Assembly: GCA_001776935.1 (NCBI GenBank)
Contig: MFDN01000005.1
Span: 2,505 to 66,504 of the forward strand
DNA length: 64,000 bases
DNA from: Candidatus Daviesbacteria bacterium RIFCSPLOWO2_01_FULL_39_23
GTDB lineage: Bacteria; Patescibacteriota; Microgenomatia; Daviesbacterales; UBA10151
Reading direction: 5' to 3'
Below, piece after piece: positions 55,781 to 64,000 of the stretch (the stretch's first letter is position 1; each line of letters starts with the position of its first letter). Below the pieces are notes generated by a model, which worked only from the letters and a program-made list of their open reading frames with translations, ran no database searches and had not been told where the DNA came from. The position numbers were made by a program, and so were the translations under genes.

Positions 55781-56056
55781 TTAGACGCTGAGGCGATATT
55801 TTTTCGCCAATTGCTCCAAGGCTATTCCACCTTTTTGGGGATTTTCTTCCAATTCTTTACCTTTTAAGCTGTCAAAATAATCTTCCAGCATTTCCATCAT
55901 ATTGGAATATTCTTCAATAGAAAGCATCACGGCTTTAGGCTTGCTGTGATGAAAAATGAAAGTGGGGCCGGATTTTTTTGTATCCTCCAAAAGCTCTATT
56001 GCTTTTTCCCTAAGGTCTGTAATGGTTTTGGTATTTTTAGCAGTCGGTATGATCAT
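55781..56056 (-). CDS. Phd/YefM family antitoxin
   Basis: TITDLRE, PKAVMLSIEEY. Confidence 0.85.
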   Translation of the reverse strand: MIIPTAKNTKTITDLREKAIELLEDTKKSGPTFIFHHSKPKAVMLSIEEYSNMMEMLEDYFDSLKGKELEENPQKGGIALEQLAKKYRLSV

Positions 56057-56091
56057 AGTAAGATTTTTCTAAGATTATTCTAATCTTTTTC

Positions 56092-56295
56092 TTAGGATTT
56101 GTCAACACCCGGTAAGTTCGGAAAAAATAACATTTCAGGTTCAGGATCCTGTAATGCTCTCTGAATAACTTCCTTGCCCCCGGGAAAAGTCTTAATAACA
56201 GCCTCTATATCACCTGATGTAATAGAAGAACCATCTCCGCTTAAAAGCTCTCTTCTAATATTCTTAATATCCTTTTCTACCATTATTTTTGCCAC
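56092..56295 (-). CDS. Small hypothetical protein
   Basis: 67-aa ORF co-oriented with its neighbours. Confidence 0.5.
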   Translation of the reverse strand: MAKIMVEKDIKNIRRELLSGDGSSITSGDIEAVIKTFPGGKEVIQRALQDPEPEMLFFPNLPGVDKS

Positions 56296-56335
56296 AGAAA
56301 AGACACCTCAAAGGGTATCAAAAATGGAACAAAAA

Positions 56336-56530
56336 TCAGCTTATCACGCTAATAGGCACCATCAATCCATTTTTACCTCTTGGTATTATAGTCCTAATCA
56401 TTGCTGTACCTGTAGTTGCATCTACTGAACCAAGCCAACCCACAACACCTCTTCCGTCTGGAAAGTTCACCTCAACAATCCCTTTATCAGAAACAGGCGT
56501 CACTATTACATTTCGTTCAATGTTAGCCAT
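56336..56530 (-). CDS. Small hypothetical protein
   Basis: 64-aa ORF with a GGAGG upstream. Confidence 0.55.
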   Translation of the reverse strand: MANIERNVIVTPVSDKGIVEVNFPDGRGVVGWLGSVDATTGTAMIRTIIPRGKNGLMVPISVIS

Positions 56531-56552
56531 TTTTTAAAAAATCCACCTCCCT

Positions 56553-58094
56553 TCAGATTCCTAATCCATACATGAAAATAGGATTATTCTCTATTGCTAA
56601 ACTCTCTTCTTGAGTTGATTCATCATCTTTATAAGGAGAAGGAAATATTCTTTTTTCTAAACCTAATAAAAGAGCATGCTTATAAGAACTGGCTTTCACG
56701 GATTCTGCAATATTAATACCAAAAGTTTCCGCATCCCAAAACCCGTCTGCTACAGCTACTACTTGCTCAAGTTTATAAAAAGCATGCCCTCTCCCGTCAT
56801 GTCTACCCAAAACCGGATCAAATTTGCCTACTTCGTACTCTGTAGAGATATAATCTGCCAGTGTCAGTGCCCGCATCTCAATAGGCCTTTTTAAGCCTTT
56901 AATAGATATTTTCCTGCCCCTTTGAGGAAACCTGTCAGGCTTACCGTTGCCATTAGTCGGATCAACTTGATCATCTGGTTCAACCTTGTAGCGCTCGCTC
57001 CGCTCGCGCATAACCCGGTCAAACTCGGCAGTAACTTCATCCCTTAAACGTTTTCCTTCTTCCGGATCATTACCTGTATACATAACGACCAGCCTAAAAC
57101 GGTCTTTATCTTCACCGTAAGGCGTAGTTTCTATACGGCTGTCAGGGTGAAATCCGTTTGCTTTTCTTGATCTTTGCATTCCTTTTATAACTCTGGCTCC
57201 GAATTCTTTCCTATCTTGATCATATAAAACTTTTACTGTCTCTACCACGTTCCCTTCCTTGTCTTTAATTCCTACCACTCTTACCGGATATTCAATGTAT
57301 TTTACCCATAATCCTTCTGCAAAGTCTGTATCCAGGTATTGACTACTTAAACCAACCAATTCATTTGTTCTTGGTTTATGATAGGAATATATCGGCATAT
57401 CTATAGGATCGCCTTCTTTCCCTATAAAGAAATTCTTTTCCAAATAGTCATTCATGTCCTCAAGGGCTCCGGTAACCGCCTCGTCGTTATCTACATCTTC
57501 TTTCATCTCGTCTGCACACAATAATCCGACTGCCAATCTTCTGTATTGCTCTGATCTTAATCTGTTACCTATTTTATTCGCCGGTTTAGTTAATCTTTCT
57601 AATATCGAAGAGGGCGTTCTTCTATCCCAATAAGAGTTACCCGTTAATGCCGCTTTTCTATCCTGATCTGCAAAAAGTATTCCGCGTGCAACCCCCACTG
57701 TCTCATCGGCCATCAGCATAACCTGTTTCCAGAATCTTCTTCTCCCCCGCTCTTCGATTCCGTATTCATTTCCCACCTTCTCGTAAATTTCCTGATTTAC
57801 CCGCCTTTTTGCCTCCCGACGTGTTTCTCCTCTTTCGTGACCATCTTTATCAATATACACGAACTCCCCGGTTTTATTTGCCCTTCTAAATTCTTCGTAA
57901 TTCTCCCAGCCAAAAAAATCTCTAATCTCTCCCACCACACCTCTTATACCCATTCCCTTGGCTGTCATTTTGGCAAAATTTACCTCCCATTTTCGTCTTT
58001 CAGGCACTATTTCTCCACCCAATGTTTCACTAGGAAACGGCGCAATGTCTGCTATTGATACTTCTGATATCTCTGATGCTTCAATGTTAATCAT
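56553..58094 (-). CDS. Hypothetical protein, possible divergent RelA/SpoT-like nucleotidyltransferase domain
   Basis: 513-aa ORF; ordered motifs DRK..ARVIK, DKDRFRLV, IEMRALT, HAFYK. Confidence 0.55.
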   Translation of the reverse strand: MINIEASEISEVSIADIAPFPSETLGGEIVPERRKWEVNFAKMTAKGMGIRGVVGEIRDFFGWENYEEFRRANKTGEFVYIDKDGHERGETRREAKRRVNQEIYEKVGNEYGIEERGRRRFWKQVMLMADETVGVARGILFADQDRKAALTGNSYWDRRTPSSILERLTKPANKIGNRLRSEQYRRLAVGLLCADEMKEDVDNDEAVTGALEDMNDYLEKNFFIGKEGDPIDMPIYSYHKPRTNELVGLSSQYLDTDFAEGLWVKYIEYPVRVVGIKDKEGNVVETVKVLYDQDRKEFGARVIKGMQRSRKANGFHPDSRIETTPYGEDKDRFRLVVMYTGNDPEEGKRLRDEVTAEFDRVMRERSERYKVEPDDQVDPTNGNGKPDRFPQRGRKISIKGLKRPIEMRALTLADYISTEYEVGKFDPVLGRHDGRGHAFYKLEQVVAVADGFWDAETFGINIAESVKASSYKHALLLGLEKRIFPSPYKDDESTQEESLAIENNPIFMYGLGI

Positions 58095-58109
58095 ATCTTC
58101 CTTTCCTAC

Positions 58110-58142
58110 AAAAAAAACCGCGCCCGTTTTTGGGTGCGGTTT
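58110..58142 (-). terminator. Intrinsic terminator just upstream of the 58094 start codon
   Basis: AAACCGCACCC AAAAAC GGGCGCGG followed by T8. Confidence 0.8.
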
Positions 58143-58151
58143 GTGCAGGAT

Positions 58152-58247
58152 TTATTCCCTTTGTCCGGGATTATCTCCTCCACCACCGCTCCCCCACATG
58201 AGGGGACGATAGCAAATAATAAGTTTTGATACAAATAAGCTCTTCAT
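58152..58247 (-). CDS. Putative 31-aa leader peptide
   Basis: MKSLFVSKLIICYRPLMWGSGGGGDNPGQRE, between TTGACA-18-TACAAT (58281-58310) and the terminator. Confidence 0.45.
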   Translation of the reverse strand: MKSLFVSKLIICYRPLMWGSGGGGDNPGQRE

Positions 58248-58369
58248 AAATTAAAAATCCCGGAAAGGGATATTACCTAAATTGTAAACACCCTTTAAGA
58301 TTCTTGTCAAGCAGTATTCTACTATGGGGTACAGAAAAAATCAAGCCTGGTTCAAAAATTCTTCCGGGG

Positions 58370-59656
58370 TCAATGCTTCAGCTTGTCCCTGAATTGATCG
58401 TAGGTTGTAGCAGCAGATTCATAATCCTGTTCCTGATATGATTCTTCTTTAATGGTAATCTTTCTTTTTTCCTTTAAGTCTTTTCTTAAAACTACTCCTG
58501 GACCAATAAGCGAATTACCGCCTACCCTGACACCGGGCATAGTCGAAGCATTTACACCCACCCTTACTCCCTGGCCTGCAATCAAACCCAATTTTTCTCT
58601 TTCGCTGTCTAATTTCTCTTCTCCCACCTTAATCGTCTGGTTATCTAATCTTAGATTTGCCAAAACTGCACCTGACCCTGCCCCAAAATCTCCTTCTAAG
58701 ACTGAGTCACCAATATAATTGGTATGAAACCAGGAATTGGCGCCAATATAGGATCTGGTAATGTCAGAAGAAAAACCGGTGACGCAGCCTTCCTCTAAAT
58801 TTGATTCCCTAATCATAGAGTTATTTCCCACAATGCAGTTTTTACCGATATGGCAGGGGCCTTTAATGCAAGCTCCCTCAAACACCTTCACCCCTTCCTC
58901 AATTACCACATTTCCCTCTATAATGGCCTTTTCAGACAATTTTGCAGCCGGGGAAATTTGTTGCTCAAGCTTGGATAAAAAATAAGCTGTAATATCCAAA
59001 ATATGCCAGGGGTATTTAAGCGGAATCCAGACTCCCTCATACCTGGCAAGTCTTATGTTTATTCCATCGGAAATCATTTGGCTTAAAGCCACCTCATAAA
59101 TATCATCCCTTTCAGATTTTGCTTTTTCCAGATATCCGATCAGCTTTTGGCCATCCTTAAAATAATCTGCTACTAATTTAACCATATCTGACGGTTCGTT
59201 GCCTTCCCCCGGCTTCTCAACTATTCCCTTTACGCTTTCTCCTTCTACCTTTATGTACCCTCCGGGGAAGTATTTATCAACTTTTATCCCTGTTAGCATT
59301 ACATCACCCTCATAATTATTTTGAAATACGCTTGCATCCAAAATATCTTCTGCATTAACGATTAATATTTCCCCTGCTATTAAATGTTTGGCAGATAAAA
59401 TTGCATCAGCCATGCCGCTGGGCTCATTTTGTATAACAATTTTATAATCCAATTTTAGTTCTTCTGCTACTTTTTCAACTCCGTCTTTAGTTTGCGGGCT
59501 CGCCACAATTATGAATTCCACACCTGGAAGGCGAGCATTGATTTTTTTTAAATTATGATACAAGAGCGACTTTCCCAAAAAAGGAATCAGACACTTATCC
59601 GTATTAATCGGCCACATCCTTTTGCCTTCACCGCCAGCCAGTACGATTATTTTCAT
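58370..59656 (-). CDS. GlmU-like sugar-1-phosphate nucleotidyltransferase/acetyltransferase
   Basis: LAGGEGKRM, VEKP, hexapeptide repeats. Confidence 0.88.
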   Translation of the reverse strand: MKIIVLAGGEGKRMWPINTDKCLIPFLGKSLLYHNLKKINARLPGVEFIIVASPQTKDGVEKVAEELKLDYKIVIQNEPSGMADAILSAKHLIAGEILIVNAEDILDASVFQNNYEGDVMLTGIKVDKYFPGGYIKVEGESVKGIVEKPGEGNEPSDMVKLVADYFKDGQKLIGYLEKAKSERDDIYEVALSQMISDGINIRLARYEGVWIPLKYPWHILDITAYFLSKLEQQISPAAKLSEKAIIEGNVVIEEGVKVFEGACIKGPCHIGKNCIVGNNSMIRESNLEEGCVTGFSSDITRSYIGANSWFHTNYIGDSVLEGDFGAGSGAVLANLRLDNQTIKVGEEKLDSEREKLGLIAGQGVRVGVNASTMPGVRVGGNSLIGPGVVLRKDLKEKRKITIKEESYQEQDYESAATTYDQFRDKLKH

Positions 59657-59685
59657 ATAAATTTATATTACTACAAACTAATTAG

Positions 59686-59757
59686 TAGCAGCGATTGGAA
59701 TCGGACCAATGACCTATCGCTTATGAAACGATTGCTCTGCCATTGAGCTACGCTGCC
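59686..59757 (-). tRNA. tRNA with CAT anticodon (probably elongator Met; Ile2 not excluded)
   Basis: GGCAGCG/CGCTGCT acceptor, GCTC/GAGC D stem, ATCGT-TTCATAA-GCGAT anticodon arm, ATTGG/CCAAT T stem; no encoded CCA. Confidence 0.92.
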
Positions 59758-59819
59758 ATTCCCACAAATTGTACCAAAAAAGGACAATTTTTGCCTGATT
59801 ATAGTACAATATAGGTTTA

Positions 59820-62048
59820 ATGAAACAAGTTATCATCGCCATTTTGGTAATAGTGACCATCGTCAGTCTTATTGTCATATCTTTTACCGTCAATCAGGTA
59901 GCACAGGAAGAGGTGAGACTCAAAAGCGATATGCAATACCGTTCAACGCTTTTGGCAGACAGCTTAAAAGAAACTGTGGAGCCAAATTTCATCAATAAAT
60001 CCGATGCAAATTTGCAAAATATTGTCAATAGATTTGAAGACAGGGAAAGGCTTGCAGGAATTGCAATTTATGACAATAAAGGAAATACTACGGCTGTTTC
60101 TTCCACTATCCCCCAGGACATCACCCAATCCCAAAAAATTGCCGCAGATGCTATGGATGCAGACAAAACAACCGGAGACTTTATCAGCTTACAAAATTCC
60201 AAATATTATGTTCTAGCCATACCTTTGCATGATGACAAAAGCGTTGTTGGTGCTTTAACTATAGTGCAAAATGCCGGTTATATCGATGCCCGGCTATACG
60301 AGATATGGAGGAATAATTTACTCCGGCTGCTGATTCAGGCCTCCTTAATTTCATTTGCCATGGTTTTGCTTTTGCGCTGGATTATTTATGTGCCGATTAA
60401 AAGTCTTGTTGAATCACTGCAATCAGCAAGGGCCGGCCAGCAAACCTCTAAAAATTTAACAAATTCCCTGCTTTTTAAACCCCTTATTAATGAAGTATCA
60501 AACATCAGGAGAAGTTTGTTTGAGGCAAGGTCTCAAGCCTCCGAGGAAGCCAGGATGAGGCTCGAGGAGCTGGAATCCCCGTGGACTGCCGAAAGACTAA
60601 AAGAATCTTTAAAAGATATCTTAAAAGGCCGGACTCTTTTCATGGTTTCCAACCGGGAACCTTACATTCATACCAAAAATAACGGGAAAATCAGTTATTT
60701 TTTGCCGGCCAGCGGTCCGGTAACAGCAATAGAACCCGTAATGCGATCCTGCGGCGGAGTCTGGATTGCCCACGGCTCAGGTAATGCTGATAAACTGGTT
60801 GTAAATAGAAAAGACAAAATCCAGGTACCGCCCGAGGAACCTAAATATACCCTCCGCCGTATTTGGCTATCTGAAAAGGAAGAACAGGGTTATTATTATG
60901 GTTTTTCCAATGAGGGAATTTGGCCGCTTTGCCATATAGCTCATAACCGGCCAACTTTCAGAAAAGAAGACTGGGAAGAATATGTAAAAGTGAACCAAAA
61001 ATTTGCCGATGCAGTTTTATCAGAGATTAAAAATGAAGAAAAACCGATTGTTTTAGTACAGGATTTTCAACTTGCCTTAGCCCCAAGGATGATAAAATCC
61101 CAAAGACCAGGTGCGCTTGTCGGGATTTTCTGGCATATTCCATGGCCAAACCCCGAATCTTTTTCTATTTGTCCATGGAAAAAAGAAATTTTAGACGGCA
61201 TGCTTGGCGCAGATCTGATCGGTTTCCAAACTCAACTTTACTGCAATAATTTCATCGAAACTGTGGGCAGAGAATTGGAATCACTGATAGATTTTGAACG
61301 GTTTACCATCACTAAAAATAACCATGTCTCTTATATTAAACCCTTCCCTATTTCCATTGCCTTCCCGAACGGTTTTGACCAATCGGAAAATGAAAATGAT
61401 CGTAGCGATAAGGAGAAGCTTTTAAAGAGCTTAAATGTTAAAACCAGATATATCGGATTGGGAATTGAAAGACTTGATTACACCAAAGGCATACTGGAAC
61501 GATTAAAAGCTATCGAAATATTCCTTGACAGGTTTCCTGCATATTGCGGCAATTTTACATTCATCCAAATAGCTGCACCATCAAGGACCAAAATAAAAAA
61601 ATACCAGGATTTTGCCAAAGAAGTGGAAAACGAAGTTGAGAGAATTAATTCTTTATTTAAAAGTAAAAATTGGAAGCCTGTTGTATTTTTGAAAAAACAC
61701 CATAACCACAAAGAAATTCAAATATTTTATAAACTGGCGGATTTTATGCTGGTAACATCTTTGCATGACGGCATGAATTTAGTGGCAAAAGAATTTGTGG
61801 CATCAAGATACGACGAAAAAGGAGTGTTAATTCTTTCTCAATTCACAGGAGCTGCAAGAGAGCTTAAAAAAGCTTTAATTGTTAATCCTTACAACGGCGA
61901 ACAAACAGCAGATGCCATCAAAGAAGCTTTAGAGATGAAACCTTCCGAACAGACAAAAAGGATGCGCAATATGAGAGAAGTCATTAAAAATTATAATGTT
62001 TACCGCTGGTCTGCAGAACTTTTGAAAAGTATAATTAATCTGGGATGA
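59820..62048 (+). CDS. otsA: Trehalose-6-phosphate synthase with an N-terminal membrane/sensor-like module
   Basis: VSNREP, FWHIPWP, ERLDYTKG, DGMNLVAKEF; two N-terminal TMs. Confidence 0.9.
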   Translation: MKQVIIAILVIVTIVSLIVISFTVNQVAQEEVRLKSDMQYRSTLLADSLKETVEPNFINKSDANLQNIVNRFEDRERLAGIAIYDNKGNTTAVSSTIPQDITQSQKIAADAMDADKTTGDFISLQNSKYYVLAIPLHDDKSVVGALTIVQNAGYIDARLYEIWRNNLLRLLIQASLISFAMVLLLRWIIYVPIKSLVESLQSARAGQQTSKNLTNSLLFKPLINEVSNIRRSLFEARSQASEEARMRLEELESPWTAERLKESLKDILKGRTLFMVSNREPYIHTKNNGKISYFLPASGPVTAIEPVMRSCGGVWIAHGSGNADKLVVNRKDKIQVPPEEPKYTLRRIWLSEKEEQGYYYGFSNEGIWPLCHIAHNRPTFRKEDWEEYVKVNQKFADAVLSEIKNEEKPIVLVQDFQLALAPRMIKSQRPGALVGIFWHIPWPNPESFSICPWKKEILDGMLGADLIGFQTQLYCNNFIETVGRELESLIDFERFTITKNNHVSYIKPFPISIAFPNGFDQSENENDRSDKEKLLKSLNVKTRYIGLGIERLDYTKGILERLKAIEIFLDRFPAYCGNFTFIQIAAPSRTKIKKYQDFAKEVENEVERINSLFKSKNWKPVVFLKKHHNHKEIQIFYKLADFMLVTSLHDGMNLVAKEFVASRYDEKGVLILSQFTGAARELKKALIVNPYNGEQTADAIKEALEMKPSEQTKRMRNMREVIKNYNVYRWSAELLKSIINLG

Positions 62049-62833
62049 TGCAATATCTATGGCAAGATCCGGATAAAATAATTTCATCGCTAAAAAAATA
62101 CCATCTTAAGCTATTAATCCTGGATTTTGACGGCACCCTGACGCCAATTGCTAAAGCTCCGGAAAAAGCAATACTATCAGAAAGCATTAAGGATTTATTA
62201 CGCCAACTTAGTCAAAAACCAAATTACTTCGTAGCTATATCAAGCGGCAGAGAGTTGGGAGATTTAAAAGCAAAAGTTGGACTGACCAGTATTATTTATG
62301 GTGCAAATCACGGGTTTGAGGGAGAAGTCTTTGGTAAAAAATATTCTTATCCTCTCAATAATAAAACACTTAAAATTTTACAGGAAATCCGCAGACAGCT
62401 TGAAAATAAACTGAGTCAATTTAAAGGAGTATTCATCGAGGACAAAGGCCTAACTTTAAGTTTGCATTACAGATTGGCACATTCAAAACAAATTCATAAG
62501 ATTAAAGCCCTTGCGAAGATAACACTGGATGAATTTATTAAAGATGGAGTTATTTTTACTATTTCGGGGAAGATGGTGATCGATATACTTCCAAAAACAG
62601 ACTGGAACAAAGGTCGTTTCGCTGATTTTATTGTTAAAAGCGTTGCCTCCCAAAATAAATCCCGGCCCCTGATTATCGCTATTGGCGATGATAAAACAGA
62701 TGAGGATACTTTTAATAATTTAAAAAACGGGATTACCATCAAAGTCGGGGGAAAAAATCAGTCCAATGCTAAATATTATGTTAAAAGCACAAAAGAAGTA
62801 ATTCAGTTTCTAAAAACTCTGGTATCATGTTGA
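62045..62833 (+). CDS. otsB: Trehalose-6-phosphate phosphatase (HAD)
   Basis: LDFDGTL, SGR, NKG, IGDDKTDED. Confidence 0.93.
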   Translation: MMQYLWQDPDKIISSLKKYHLKLLILDFDGTLTPIAKAPEKAILSESIKDLLRQLSQKPNYFVAISSGRELGDLKAKVGLTSIIYGANHGFEGEVFGKKYSYPLNNKTLKILQEIRRQLENKLSQFKGVFIEDKGLTLSLHYRLAHSKQIHKIKALAKITLDEFIKDGVIFTISGKMVIDILPKTDWNKGRFADFIVKSVASQNKSRPLIIAIGDDKTDEDTFNNLKNGITIKVGGKNQSNAKYYVKSTKEVIQFLKTLVSC

Positions 62834-62834
62834 T

Positions 62835-64000
62835 ATGCTGAAAAAACTTACAAATGAATACCAAAAACTGCTTCTAAATAACCGAAGGCAGACTGACGGT
62901 TTTTCTTATACCATTCCCTCTCCTGATACATATCCCTATCAATGGCTTTGGGATTCGTGCTTTCATGCCATTATTCTTTCCGGTCTTAATATTGAAGATG
63001 CCAAAGCCGAAATTCTTTCCCTGCTTTCACAACAATTTCAAAACGGCATGATTCCGCATATGATTTATTGGGAAAATCACGAAAAAGTAACTTTTCCCAA
63101 AATCCAATGGGGCAAAGACGTCACAAGTACAATCACCCAGCCGCCGATGATTGCCTATGCAATTTGGCAGATCTTCCAAAAGGATAAAGAGGTGGATTTC
63201 CTAAAAAACACTTACCGCCATCTTTATCACTTTTACCGGTATTTACTTAACGAACGCGATCCCCACGAAAAACACCTCATCGGGATTATGAACCCGGATG
63301 AATCAGGCGAAGATAACTCTCCCAGATTTGATCTGCCTTTAGGCTTGCCACCACAGCATACTTTTGAAGAAAATATTCAAAAAAGACTTAATCTTGTTGC
63401 TCAAAATATAGAATGCAAATTCGATGCCCCGTTTTGCATGAGAAATTTCTTCTGGGTTAAAGATGTCCCTTTCAATGCAATAATGGTGGAAAATCTCCGG
63501 ATTCTTTCTCAAATTGCCTCAAAATTAGACTTTGGCGAAGATGCTTCTTTTTTTGCAGCTGAGGCAGAAAAGATAGTTTTGGCAATGAGAAAGTATATGT
63601 TTGAGGATAATCTTTTCTGGCCTACTTTCGGGGAAAACTATCAAAAAATTAAAATAAAAACCTGGGCAATTTTTGCTCCCCTGTTTGCCCAAATCCTCAC
63701 TAAAAAAGAAGCGGAAGATTTGGTGGAAAAACATTTGCTTAATCCTCGTGAGTTTTGGACTGAGTATAAAATTCCCACAGTTTCAATTGATGAGCCTTCT
63801 TTTGATCCTAAAAGCCTTTGGAGAGGGCCGGTTTGGATTGGAACTAATTGGTTTATCTATAAAGGACTGAAAAATTATGGTTTTTTAGAGATTGCCCAAC
63901 AAATTAAAGACTCTTCGCTTAAACTGCTTTCCAATTCAGGCTTTCGTGAATATTTTAATCCCCAAACAGGTGAAGGGTTGGGAGCCAAAAATTTTACGTG
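62835..64000 (+). CDS. Six-hairpin glycoside hydrolase (GH63/trehalase-like), partial
   Basis: MLKKL...YPYQWLWDSCFHA, TQPP, DESGEDNSPRFD, WRGPVW; runs off the window and is absent from the ORF track. Confidence 0.85.
   Translation, partial: MLKKLTNEYQKLLLNNRRQTDGFSYTIPSPDTYPYQWLWDSCFHAIILSGLNIEDAKAEILSLLSQQFQNGMIPHMIYWENHEKVTFPKIQWGKDVTSTITQPPMIAYAIWQIFQKDKEVDFLKNTYRHLYHFYRYLLNERDPHEKHLIGIMNPDESGEDNSPRFDLPLGLPPQHTFEENIQKRLNLVAQNIECKFDAPFCMRNFFWVKDVPFNAIMVENLRILSQIASKLDFGEDASFFAAEAEKIVLAMRKYMFEDNLFWPTFGENYQKIKIKTWAIFAPLFAQILTKKEAEDLVEKHLLNPREFWTEYKIPTVSIDEPSFDPKSLWRGPVWIGTNWFIYKGLKNYGFLEIAQQIKDSSLKLLSNSGFREYFNPQTGEGLGAKNFT

Noticed and set aside
55520-59757. Prophage or integrative island next to the tRNA
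   Set aside because: No integrase, phage genes or duplicated tRNA 3' end was seen.
1-64000. Alternative genetic code (TGA read as Gly or Trp)
   Set aside because: Conserved genes are full length under code 11 and several end at TGA.

Overview
This is 64 kb of AT-rich, densely coded bacterial chromosome using the standard genetic code (TGA is a stop). Gene content suggests a Patescibacteria/CPR genome, Microgenomates-like; this is an inference. It carries a complete mevalonate/isoprenoid cluster (archaeal-type upper half), EndoQ, an ATP-dependent ligase, carAB-pyrB-pyrC, recF, mutM, a short polA, an intein-containing ftsH, trpS, a tRNA(CAT), three toxin-antitoxin pairs and a trehalose cluster. 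The strongest unexplained signal is a layer of small repeat elements, many read in-frame inside conserved enzymes. (1) Two four-helix-bundle (IVP/Avd-like) genes are each bracketed by inverted arrays of degenerate 7-mers, and gene-less copies of the same 7-mer types lie between and inside other genes. (2) Several palindromic families show compensatory changes, tandem G.A mismatches and GNA-loop hairpins, and they nest inside each other. Also seen: a PaaX-like gene between inverted promoter/operator repeats, two leader-peptide/terminator attenuator candidates (one ahead of a possible divergent RelA/SpoT-like gene), and many apparently leaderless genes. All calls come from reading the sequence; no searches were run.
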